From Myxococcota bacterium (lineage in GTDB: Bacteria; Myxococcota_A; UBA9160; UBA4427), in the NCBI GenBank assembly GCA_965250285.1, contig OZ252299.1, positions 5,568,001 to 5,632,000 on the forward strand: 64,000 nt of DNA, read 5' to 3'. The position numbers and the translations under genes are program-made. Within the stretch, counting starts at the first letter, position 1; the number at the start of each line of letters is the position of its first letter. This document shows, piece after piece, positions 29,350 to 38,162 of the stretch. The notes under the pieces were generated by a model. The model was given only the letters and a program-made list of their open reading frames with translations, was not told the origin of the DNA and searched no databases.

Positions 29350-31017
29350 ATGAACGAGGGAACGCGTCCCATCGCAGCCGTGGTGCTCGCTGCCGGCAAG
29401 GGCACGCGGATGAAGTCGCGACGCGCCAAGGTGCTGCACGAGATCTGCGGCCTGCCGCTGCTCGGCCACATCGCCCGCGTGGCCGAGGGCCTCGACGCGA
29501 AGCGCCTCGTGGTGGTCGTGGGCCGCGATGCCGACGAGGTCAAGCAGGCCTACGCCGGCCAGGCCGAGTTCGTGCTGCAGGCCGAGCAGCGGGGCACGGG
29601 CCATGCCGTGCTCGTCGCCGAGTCGAAGCTGCGCGACTTCGACGGCGACGTGTTCGTCCTCTACGGCGATACCCCTCTGCTGCGCGTCGAGACGCTGCAG
29701 CGCATGCAGGCACTCAAGGCCGAGTCGGGGGCCGACCTCGTGATGCTCACCGCGATCGGGGACATCCCGGGCCGCGTGAAGCGGGATGATTCGGGCCGGG
29801 TCGAGCGCATCATCGAGGCCCAGGATGCGACGCCCGAAGAGCTGCTGATCGAGGAGCGCAACACCGGCGTCTACCTCGTCGACTCGAAGCTGCTCTGGGC
29901 GGGGCTCGATTCGCTCGAGCCCGACAACGCCCAGGGCGAGCTCTACATCACCGACGTCGTCAGCTATGCGGTGCGCGAAGGCCACGCCGTCGAGGCGCTG
30001 CTGCTCGAAGACGACGAGGAGTGCCTGGGCATCAACAACCGCGCCGAGCTCGCCGAGGCGGGCCGGATCATGCGCCGGCGCATCCTCGAAGCGCACATGG
30101 CGAACGGCGTGACGATCGTCGACCCCGAGAGCACCTACATCGACGCGCTGGTCGAGATCGGCTGCGACACCGTGATCGAGCCCGGCTGCACCATCACCGG
30201 CGCGAGCGTGCTCGGCGAGGGCGTCCACCTGAAGGCCAACAGCTACATCGAGGAGAGCCGCCTCGACGATGGCGTGATCTTCGGGCCGATGAGCCACCTG
30301 CGTCCGCACACCCACCTCTCGGAGGGGTGCAAGATCGGCAACTTCGTCGAGGTGAAGAAGTCGACCCTCGGCAAGGGCAGCAAGGCGGCGCACCTCACCT
30401 ACATCGGTGACGCCACGGTGGGCGAGGGGGTCAACTTCGGCTGCGGCTCGGTCGTGGTGAACTACGACGGCTACGAGAAGCACCACACGGTGGTGGGCGA
30501 CGGCGCCTTCGTCGGCTGCAACGTGAACCTGATCGCGCCGGTCGAAGTCGGCGACCGCACGTTCCTCGCCGCCGGCTCGACGATCGGGCTCGATACGCCC
30601 GTCGATTCGCTGGCAGTGGCCCGAGCTCGGCAGCGCAACATCGAGGGCTGGCGAGCGCGCAAGGAGGGGCGAGCGTTGCCTCGGCCGAAGCCTGAGCCGG
30701 GCGGTGAGGTCGAGTCGGCCCCGGCGACGCCGGCGGCCGCCGCGAAGAAGACGCGAAAGCCCGCGGCGAAGCGCGCAGCCGGGAACCGAAGCGCGAAGCA
30801 GGGGTCGAAGAAGAAGAAGTCGGCCGGAACGCGCTCGAAGAAAAAGGCGGCCCGCAAGCGATCGGCCAAAAAGAAGGCCTCGCGGAAGAAGTCGGCGAAG
30901 AAGGCCGTGAAGAAGAAGGCCGTCAAGAAAAAGGCCTCGAAAAAGACGAGCGTGAAGAAGAAGGCGGCGAAGAAGCGCGCCGCCAAGAAGAAGGCCGCGC
31001 GCAAGCGCCGGGCCTGA
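29350..31017 (+). CDS. glmU: Bifunctional UDP-GlcNAc pyrophosphorylase/glucosamine-1-phosphate acetyltransferase with a Lys-rich C-terminal tail
   Basis: LAAGKGTRMKS, Q-x-E-Q-x-GTGHAV, YGDTP, NAQGELYITD, GNFVEVK, HLTYIGDA, NYDG. GGAG SD. Confidence 0.95.
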   Translation: MNEGTRPIAAVVLAAGKGTRMKSRRAKVLHEICGLPLLGHIARVAEGLDAKRLVVVVGRDADEVKQAYAGQAEFVLQAEQRGTGHAVLVAESKLRDFDGDVFVLYGDTPLLRVETLQRMQALKAESGADLVMLTAIGDIPGRVKRDDSGRVERIIEAQDATPEELLIEERNTGVYLVDSKLLWAGLDSLEPDNAQGELYITDVVSYAVREGHAVEALLLEDDEECLGINNRAELAEAGRIMRRRILEAHMANGVTIVDPESTYIDALVEIGCDTVIEPGCTITGASVLGEGVHLKANSYIEESRLDDGVIFGPMSHLRPHTHLSEGCKIGNFVEVKKSTLGKGSKAAHLTYIGDATVGEGVNFGCGSVVVNYDGYEKHHTVVGDGAFVGCNVNLIAPVEVGDRTFLAAGSTIGLDTPVDSLAVARARQRNIEGWRARKEGRALPRPKPEPGGEVESAPATPAAAAKKTRKPAAKRAAGNRSAKQGSKKKKSAGTRSKKKAARKRSAKKKASRKKSAKKAVKKKAVKKKASKKTSVKKKAAKKRAAKKKAARKRRA

Positions 31018-31075
31018 TGTCAGAAGGCCGCACGCGCCGGCTCGGGTCGGCGGCGCGCGGTGCAGGGAGAGCGTC

Positions 31076-32911
31076 ATGTGTGGAATCGTCGGTTACATCG
31101 GTCGTGAGCATCGCGCGGTGGACGTGCTGGTCGACGGGCTGCGTCGCCTCGAATACCGCGGCTACGACTCGGCGGGCGTCGCCGTCATCGACGGCGATCA
31201 GATCTCGGTGCGGCGCGCCGAGGGCAAGCTGATCAATCTCGAAGGGGCGCTGCGCGACGCGCCGCTCGAGGGCATCGTCGGCATCGGCCACACCCGCTGG
31301 GCCACTCACGGCAAGCCCTCCGAACGCAACGCTCACCCGCATCGCGCGGGCTCGGTGGTCGTCGTGCACAACGGCATCATCGAGAACTACCGCGAGCTGC
31401 GCGCCGAGCTCGAGGCGGCGGGCGCCGAGATTCAGAGCGACACCGACACCGAGCTGATCGCGCACCTGATCGACGATCGCATCGCAGCGGGCAGCGACCT
31501 GCTCACCGCCGTGCGCGAGGCGACCGGGCGCCTGGTCGGCTCGTATGCGCTCGGTGCGCTGAGCGAGAAGGATCCGACTCACTTCGTCGCCGCGAAGAAC
31601 GGTGGCAGCCCGATCATCGTGGGCCAGGGCGACAAGCAGGCATTCCTCGCCAGCGACATCCCGGCGATCCTGCCCTACACGCGCGACATCATCTCGCTCT
31701 ACGACGGCGACTTCGCGGTGCTCTCGGAAGAGGGCGTGCAGATCGTCGACGTCGATGGCCGACCGATCGACCGCGAGTTTCAGCACGTGCAGTGGGATCC
31801 CGTCAGCGCTGAGCGCGGGGGCTACGACCACTTCATGCAGAAGGAGATCTTCGAGCAGCCGCGCGCGATTACCGACACGATCGGCACCCGCGTGAACGAG
31901 GCCGACCTCGACGTCGACCTCGACGGCATCGAGATCACGAAGGCCGACGCCGACAAGCTGCGGCTGGTCTCGCTCGTTGCCTGTGGCACGGCGAGCTACG
32001 CGTGCCACGTCGGCAAGTACATGATCGAGCAGCTCGCGGGCATCCCGTGCGAGATCGACCTCGCGAGCGAGTTCCGGTATCGCAAGCCGATTCTCGGTGA
32101 CGACGTGATGGTCGTGCCGGTCTCACAGTCGGGCGAGACGGCCGATACGCTGGCGGCGCTGCGCGAGGGCAAGCAGCAGGGCTCGCGCATCTTCTCGGTC
32201 TGCAACGTGCGCGAATCGACGATCGCCCGCGAGAGCCACGACGTGCTCTACACGCACGCAGGGCCCGAGATCGGCGTCGCGTCGACCAAGGCCTTCGTCA
32301 CTCAGGTCGTGGCGCTCTACCTACTGGGCTTGAAGCTCGCGATCGCGCGCGGTCGGCTGAGCGAAGACGAGATCCGTGGGCACCTGAAGGACGTGATGCG
32401 ACTGCCGCGGCTCGTCGAGCAGACGCTGCAGATCGACGGTCACGTGCTCGAGATCGCGCGCAAGTACTTCAAGGCGAGCGACTTCCTCTTTCTCGGCCGG
32501 GGCATCATGTACCCGATCGCGATGGAGGGCGCGCTCAAGCTGAAGGAGATCTCGTACATTCACGCCGAGGGGTATGCGGCGGGCGAGATGAAGCACGGTC
32601 CGATCGCGCTGATCGACGAGAAGATGCCCGTCGTGGTGATCGCCACCGAGGGGCCGCTCAAGGACAAGCTCGTGTCGAACCTCGAGCAGGTGCGCGCGCG
32701 CGACGGTCAGGTGATCGCGATCGCGACCGAGGGCGACGACAAGATCGCGACGAAGGCGAACGAGGTGATCTACATCCCCGACCTCGGTCCCTTCTTGACG
32801 AGCATTCTCGCGACGCTGCCGGTGCAGCTGTTGGCCTACCACGTCGCGACGCTCAAGGGCACCGACGTCGACCAGCCGCGCAACCTCGCGAAGAGCGTGA
32901 CGGTCGAGTAG
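31076..32911 (+). CDS. glmS: Glutamine-fructose-6-phosphate transaminase (isomerizing)
   Basis: MCGIVG, LEYRGYDSAG, GHTRWATHG, SQSGET, EMKHGP, PRNLAKSVTVE. Confidence 0.98.
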   Translation: MCGIVGYIGREHRAVDVLVDGLRRLEYRGYDSAGVAVIDGDQISVRRAEGKLINLEGALRDAPLEGIVGIGHTRWATHGKPSERNAHPHRAGSVVVVHNGIIENYRELRAELEAAGAEIQSDTDTELIAHLIDDRIAAGSDLLTAVREATGRLVGSYALGALSEKDPTHFVAAKNGGSPIIVGQGDKQAFLASDIPAILPYTRDIISLYDGDFAVLSEEGVQIVDVDGRPIDREFQHVQWDPVSAERGGYDHFMQKEIFEQPRAITDTIGTRVNEADLDVDLDGIEITKADADKLRLVSLVACGTASYACHVGKYMIEQLAGIPCEIDLASEFRYRKPILGDDVMVVPVSQSGETADTLAALREGKQQGSRIFSVCNVRESTIARESHDVLYTHAGPEIGVASTKAFVTQVVALYLLGLKLAIARGRLSEDEIRGHLKDVMRLPRLVEQTLQIDGHVLEIARKYFKASDFLFLGRGIMYPIAMEGALKLKEISYIHAEGYAAGEMKHGPIALIDEKMPVVVIATEGPLKDKLVSNLEQVRARDGQVIAIATEGDDKIATKANEVIYIPDLGPFLTSILATLPVQLLAYHVATLKGTDVDQPRNLAKSVTVE

Positions 32912-33159
32912 CGGCGCGGCTGCGGCCGAGTCTCACGCCTCGAGCGCCCCGCCCGAGGCGCTGTACCCGGGCTTCGGATGGGTGTGCGCGCCTGGGCCCT
33001 CGAAGCGCCCTCGGAGGAGCGAGGCCCACCCTCTTGCCGCGACGTGCCGTCGCGCGCTCGGCCTGGTTTCGACGTCTTCTGCCGGCGCCGTGTGGTTTCG
33101 AATCGAGATCAGCGCGCGGTTCGGCTCGTGTAGCATCGGCGGCCGAGGAGGGGCTTCCC

Positions 33160-34632
33160 TTGGCCGCGATTCCCGATTCTGCGCGTGCACGTTTGCCCGA
33201 ACCGGGGTTCTTCATCGGTGGCGAGCTCGTGCAGCACAGCGACGCGCCGGCACGAGACCACGTCTATCCCGCAACCGGCGAGACGATCGGGAGCGTGCCC
33301 GTGGCCGGCCCCGCGGTGGTCGATCAAGCCGTGCGCGCCGCGCGCGATGCACTCGACCCATGGCGCGCTTGGCCCGGGAACGAGCGCCGGAGCGTGATGC
33401 TCAGAATCGCGGCGCGCCTGCGCGAACAGGCCGAAGCCATCGGCGAAGTCACGGTGCTCGACAATGGTGCGCCGCTGCTCGGCGCTCGAGGCGGCGTGCT
33501 GGCCGCGGCCGATCACTTCGAGTACTTCGCGGGCTGGGCCGACAAGCTCGAGGGCGATGTGATCCCCGTCTGGCCGGGCGAGGCGCTCGACTACACGCGC
33601 CGCGAGCCCTACGGAGTGCTGGGCTTCATCATCCCGTTCAATGGCCCGCTCGTCTCGATCGGTCTGCGCGTTGCTCCGGCGCTGGCAACGGGCAATACCG
33701 TGGTGCTGAAGCCTTCCGAGTTCGCGCCCTGGGGCGCGCTCGGCTTCGCGCAGCTCTGCATCGACGCTGGGCTGCCACCAGGTGTCGTGAACGTGGTGCC
33801 GGGGGATGGCCGCAGTGGTCAGGCGATCGTGCAGCATGCGGGCATCGACAAGGTTCACTTGACGGGCAGTGTGCGGACTGCGCGCGACGTGTTGGCGAAA
33901 GCGGCTGAGACGATCAAACCCGTGTCACTCGAGCTCGGTGGCAAGTCGGCGAACCTGGTGTTCGCCGACGCCGACCTCGAGGCGGCCGCCAGCATGGCCG
34001 TGATGGCGTCCGTCGTCGCGATGAGCGGGCAGACCTGCATCTGTCCGTCGCGGCTGCTGATCGAGGCCCCCATCTACGATGCGTTCATGGCGAAGGTCGT
34101 CGAGAAGGCCGAAGCGGTTGCGCTGGGCGATCCCTTCGCGCCGGGCACGACGATGGGGCCCGTGATCGGCGAAGCGGCCTGCGAACGGATCCTCGGGGTC
34201 ATCGAGCGCGGTCGGCGCGAGGGGGCCGGGCGTCTCTTGACGGGTGGGGCGCGCGTTGGCGGAGAGCTGGCGCAGGGCTTCTTCGTGCAGCCCACCGTCT
34301 TCGGCGATGTCGACAACGAGAGCTCGCTCGCGCAGCACGAGATCTTCGGTCCGGTGCTCGCGGCGATGCGCTTCGAAGATGAAGCACACGCGGTCGCACT
34401 CGCGAACGACACCGAGTACGGGTTGGCCGGCTACGTGCACACCCGTGATCTCAAGCGCGGCCACCGACTCGCGGCCCGTCTCGATGCCGGCTACCTGTCG
34501 ATCAACGGTTGGGCGACCATGCCGCCCGGCGCTCCCTTCGGCGGAAATCGGCAGAGCGGCATCGGGCGCCTCGGTGGGCGCGCAGCCCTCGACGAGTTTC
34601 TGCGCGTGAAGAACGTCTTCGTCGCTCTGTAG
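33160..34632 (+). CDS. Aldehyde dehydrogenase family protein
   Basis: IPFNGP, KPSE, TGS, ELGGKSA, SGQTC, EIFGP, PFGG. GAGGAG SD before TTG. Confidence 0.92.
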   Translation: MAAIPDSARARLPEPGFFIGGELVQHSDAPARDHVYPATGETIGSVPVAGPAVVDQAVRAARDALDPWRAWPGNERRSVMLRIAARLREQAEAIGEVTVLDNGAPLLGARGGVLAAADHFEYFAGWADKLEGDVIPVWPGEALDYTRREPYGVLGFIIPFNGPLVSIGLRVAPALATGNTVVLKPSEFAPWGALGFAQLCIDAGLPPGVVNVVPGDGRSGQAIVQHAGIDKVHLTGSVRTARDVLAKAAETIKPVSLELGGKSANLVFADADLEAAASMAVMASVVAMSGQTCICPSRLLIEAPIYDAFMAKVVEKAEAVALGDPFAPGTTMGPVIGEAACERILGVIERGRREGAGRLLTGGARVGGELAQGFFVQPTVFGDVDNESSLAQHEIFGPVLAAMRFEDEAHAVALANDTEYGLAGYVHTRDLKRGHRLAARLDAGYLSINGWATMPPGAPFGGNRQSGIGRLGGRAALDEFLRVKNVFVAL

Positions 34633-34692
34633 GCGACGGCTGAGTCGACTAGACTGGTGAACCCGCGCACTTGCGCTGACCCGGAGGAGCCC

Positions 34693-35772
34693 TTGGTCGA
34701 AGACCCTGCGCTTGGCTCGACGATGCGTGCCTGGCGTGTGCACGCGTTCGGACCCGATCCGAAGACTGTGCTCCAGCTCGAGCAGATCGAGGTGCCCGAA
34801 CCGGGCCCTGGTGAGCTGCTCGTGCGCGTGCAGGCCGCCCCGCTCAATCTGAACGACCTCGACCGTGTCACGGGCCAGAACATGATGGCGCCGCCGGCCC
34901 TGCCTGCGGTGCCTGGCATGGAGGTGCTCGGCGTCGTGGTGGCGGCGGGCGCCGGCGTCGAGTCGCGCGTCGGCGACCGGGTCGCTGCGATGACGAAGAC
35001 CGCGGTGGGCGGCTTCGCCGAGTACGCGATCTGCCCGGCGGTTTCGGCCTTCGACATGCCGGCCGACGTGCCGCTGCCCGGCGCGGCCGCGATCTACTTC
35101 CCGTTTCATCTGGCGTGGCTCGGTCTCGTCGACCGGGCGAAGCTCGCATCGGGAGAGAGCGTGCTGGTGCACGCCGGCGCGGGCGGCGCGGGCTCGGCTG
35201 CGATCCAGCTCGCGAAGCACCTGGGTGCCAAGGTGATCGCGACCGCGGGCAGCGAGGCGAAGCTCGCGCTCTGCCGCGAGCTCGGGGCCGACGTGGCGAT
35301 CGACTACACCGAGGGCGACTTCGTGCCGGCGGTGCTCGAGGCGACCGAGGGGCAGGGCGTCGACGTCGTCTTCGATGGCGTGGGCGAGGCCGTGCTCGAT
35401 GCGAGCCTGCGCTGCACGGCCTACGACGGTCGCTACCTGATGATGGGCTTCGCGTCGGGCAAGCAGTTCGCCGACGAGAAGCTCGTCGTGCCGCGCCGCC
35501 TGGCCACCGGCAACCTGCAGGTGGGCGGCGTGCTGCTCGCCTATGCCGATCCGGCCATGGCGGGGGCCATGAAGCAGGCCATGGGCTGGAACTTCGTCCC
35601 CGCAGAGAAGGGACGCTCGATCATGGCCGAGCTCGTCGAGCTCGTGCGTGCGGGGCACGTGGCCCCGGTCGTCGGCCGCACGGTCGGATTCGAAGCCCTG
35701 CCCGACGCGCTCGTCACGCTGCGCGACCGCGGCACGACCGGACGCGTGATCGTCGAGGTCGACGCGGGCTGA
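34693..35772 (+). CDS. NADPH:quinone oxidoreductase (MDR family)
   Basis: PGME, GDRV, HAGAGGAGSAAIQLAK, GVDVVFD, GFASG, TTGRV. GGAGGAG SD before TTG. Confidence 0.88.
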   Translation: MVEDPALGSTMRAWRVHAFGPDPKTVLQLEQIEVPEPGPGELLVRVQAAPLNLNDLDRVTGQNMMAPPALPAVPGMEVLGVVVAAGAGVESRVGDRVAAMTKTAVGGFAEYAICPAVSAFDMPADVPLPGAAAIYFPFHLAWLGLVDRAKLASGESVLVHAGAGGAGSAAIQLAKHLGAKVIATAGSEAKLALCRELGADVAIDYTEGDFVPAVLEATEGQGVDVVFDGVGEAVLDASLRCTAYDGRYLMMGFASGKQFADEKLVVPRRLATGNLQVGGVLLAYADPAMAGAMKQAMGWNFVPAEKGRSIMAELVELVRAGHVAPVVGRTVGFEALPDALVTLRDRGTTGRVIVEVDAG

Positions 35773-35918
35773 GTGGGAGCTGCGCGCGGAGCGAGATTGA
35801 GGGGGGACGCCCCCTCGACTACGCTTGACCCGAAGCGTCCCCCCAGCGCATTCCGTCCGCCGCCGATCCCCCTTCGTGCTCGCCCGCCCCACGGCTCGGG
35901 CGCGCACCGGAGTGCTGC

Positions 35919-38132
35919 GTGCTCGCCGAACAGATCACCGAAGGCCTGAACCCCGAGCAGCAGCGTGCGGTCGAGACGACCGAAGGGCCGCTGCTCGTGC
36001 TCGCCGGCGCCGGCTCGGGCAAGACCCGGGTGCTGACGCATCGCATCGCTTATCTGATCGGTGTCTGCGGGATCCCCGCCGAGTCGATCCTCGCCGTCAC
36101 GTTCACGAACAAGGCCGCCGGCGAGATGCGCGAGCGGGTCGAGAAGCTGCTCGGCCCCGGGGCCGACGGCATCGCCCTCGGCACCTTCCACTCGGTCTGC
36201 GTGCGGATCCTGCGCCGCGACATCCACCATCTGCAGCGCGACCGGGGCTTCGTGATCTACGACGACGCCGACAGCCTCGGCGTCGTGAAAGAGACGCTGC
36301 GCCGCCACGACCTCGACCCGAAGGTGCACGACCCCCGCCGTCTGCGCTGGCGCTTCGATCAATGGAAGAACCAGGGGCTGCTGCCCGATCGCGCGCGCGA
36401 CGAAGCGGGCGACATCGAAGAGGAGCAGTCAGCCGAGCTCTACGCGACGTATCAGAAGCTGTTGCTCGACGCGAACGCGCTCGACTTCGGCGACATCCTG
36501 CTGCAGACGGTGCAGCTCTTCGAGCGCTTCCCGCGCATCCTCGAGTACTACCAGCGGCGCTGGCAGTACGTGCTGGTCGACGAGTATCAGGATACGAACG
36601 GCGTGCAGTACCAGCTGGTGCGGCAGCTCGCCGAGCAGCATCACAACATCTGCGTGGTGGGTGACCCCGACCAGTCGATCTACGCGTGGCGCGGCGCCGA
36701 CGTGCGCAACATCCTCGACTTCGAGCAGGACTACGACGACGCGCAGGTCATCAAGCTCGAGCAGAACTATCGGTCGACCCAGCCGATCCTCTCGGGCGCC
36801 ACCGCGGTGGTGCAGAACAACCTCGATCGCCCCGAGAAGACGCTCTTTACCGACCACGAGGGCGGCGATCCGATCCGCTACTACGAGGCGTACGACGACC
36901 GCGACGAGGCGGCTTTCGTGATCGGTCGCATCGAGCGCGCTCACCGCGAAGAAGACATGCCCTACGGGCATGCGGCGATCCTCTACCGCACCAACGCGCA
37001 GTCGAGATCGTTCGAAGAGCGACTGCTCGAGTACGACATCCCCTACACGATCGTGGGCGGCCAGCGCTTCTACGAGCGACTCGAGGTGAAGGACGTCCTC
37101 GCCTATCTGCGGCTCGTCGTGAACCCGGCCGACGATCAGGCGTTCTTGCGCGTCGTGAACAAGCCAACGCGGGGCATCGGCAAGACCACGATCGAGCGCG
37201 TGCAGGCATTCGCGGCGAAGCAAGGGCTGCCGCTCGTGCGGGCCCTGGCCGAGTACGCCGAGGCGCCCGAGGGTCAGCGGGTGCGTGCGAAGGCGGGGCG
37301 TTTTCTCTCGATCATGAGCGACCTGGCGCAGCACCGCGCGTCGCATCCGGTCCACGAGCTGATCAGCCACACGCTGCACGCGACGGGCTATCTCGAGGCG
37401 CTCGCGAAGGAGTCGACTCCCGAGGCCGAGTCGCGCGTCGACAACCTGAAGGAGCTCGTGACGAGCGCCGAAGACTTCCACGTCGCGAACCAGGACGAGA
37501 TCGATCCCGAGCGGGATGAGCTCGAGCTCTACCTCGATCAGGTGGCGCTCATCTCCGATCTCGACAGCTACGAAGAGCGCAACGACCGCGTGTCGCTCAT
37601 GACCGTGCACAGCGCGAAGGGGCTCGAGTTTCCGCTCGTGTTCCTCGTCGGGCTCGAGGAGCGCATCTTTCCGCATGCCAGCTCGATGCGAGACGACGGT
37701 GGCATCGAGGAGGAGCGGCGCCTCTGCTACGTCGCGATGACCCGCGCGATGAAGCACCTCTTCATTACGTCAGCGAGTGAGCGGCGGCGCTACGGCGAAC
37801 ACCACTATCAGTCGCCGAGCCGATTTCTGCGCGAGGTGCCCGAAGAGCTGGTCGAGATTCTGAGCGAAGCGCGTCGGCCGTCGCGGGGAGATCGCATTCG
37901 CAACGCCGAGCCCGAGCCGGTGCGCGATGGCTACGACTATTCGTACTCGCAGGACACGGGCGGCGAAGAAGGCGGCGTCCTGGCCGGCATGCACGTGCGT
38001 CACCCCGTCTTCGGGCTGGGCGAAGTGCTGGCCGTGATGGGCGAGGGTCTCAACCAGAAGCTCAAGATCAAGTTCCAGCGCGCCGGCGTGAAGACCGTGA
38101 TGGTGCGCTACGCGAACCTCGAGCCGGCGTAG
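35919..38132 (+). CDS. uvrD: ATP-dependent DNA helicase UvrD/PcrA
   Basis: AGAGSGKT, TFTNKAA, DEYQDTN, GDPDQSIY, QNYRS, HSAKGLEF, YVAMTRA; C-terminal Tudor-like VRHPVFG. Confidence 0.95.
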   Translation: MLAEQITEGLNPEQQRAVETTEGPLLVLAGAGSGKTRVLTHRIAYLIGVCGIPAESILAVTFTNKAAGEMRERVEKLLGPGADGIALGTFHSVCVRILRRDIHHLQRDRGFVIYDDADSLGVVKETLRRHDLDPKVHDPRRLRWRFDQWKNQGLLPDRARDEAGDIEEEQSAELYATYQKLLLDANALDFGDILLQTVQLFERFPRILEYYQRRWQYVLVDEYQDTNGVQYQLVRQLAEQHHNICVVGDPDQSIYAWRGADVRNILDFEQDYDDAQVIKLEQNYRSTQPILSGATAVVQNNLDRPEKTLFTDHEGGDPIRYYEAYDDRDEAAFVIGRIERAHREEDMPYGHAAILYRTNAQSRSFEERLLEYDIPYTIVGGQRFYERLEVKDVLAYLRLVVNPADDQAFLRVVNKPTRGIGKTTIERVQAFAAKQGLPLVRALAEYAEAPEGQRVRAKAGRFLSIMSDLAQHRASHPVHELISHTLHATGYLEALAKESTPEAESRVDNLKELVTSAEDFHVANQDEIDPERDELELYLDQVALISDLDSYEERNDRVSLMTVHSAKGLEFPLVFLVGLEERIFPHASSMRDDGGIEEERRLCYVAMTRAMKHLFITSASERRRYGEHHYQSPSRFLREVPEELVEILSEARRPSRGDRIRNAEPEPVRDGYDYSYSQDTGGEEGGVLAGMHVRHPVFGLGEVLAVMGEGLNQKLKIKFQRAGVKTVMVRYANLEPA

Positions 38133-38162
38133 CGAGACGCAGCGTCGGCGCCGATCTTCGGC

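Noticed and set aside
29058..31075. glmS ribozyme or other riboswitch upstream of glmU/glmS
   Set aside because: Hairpins exist at about 29220-29300, but I could not find the glmS ribozyme core or another known aptamer consensus. The glmU-glmS gap is only 58 bp.
32870..33160. Tn7-like insertion at the attTn7 site downstream of glmS
   Set aside because: The glmS 3' end is intact, but I see no TGT-starting transposon end, repeated TnsB sites or tns genes. The site looks empty.
35799..35816. Hairpin GAGGGGG/CCCCCTC as a terminator
   Set aside because: No U-tract on either side; too weak to call.
13076..38132. Anti-phage defence island (MutS2, UvrD helicase, nearby patatin)
   Set aside because: These are housekeeping-type orthologues in ordinary contexts, with no cyclase, nuclease or other defence partners.
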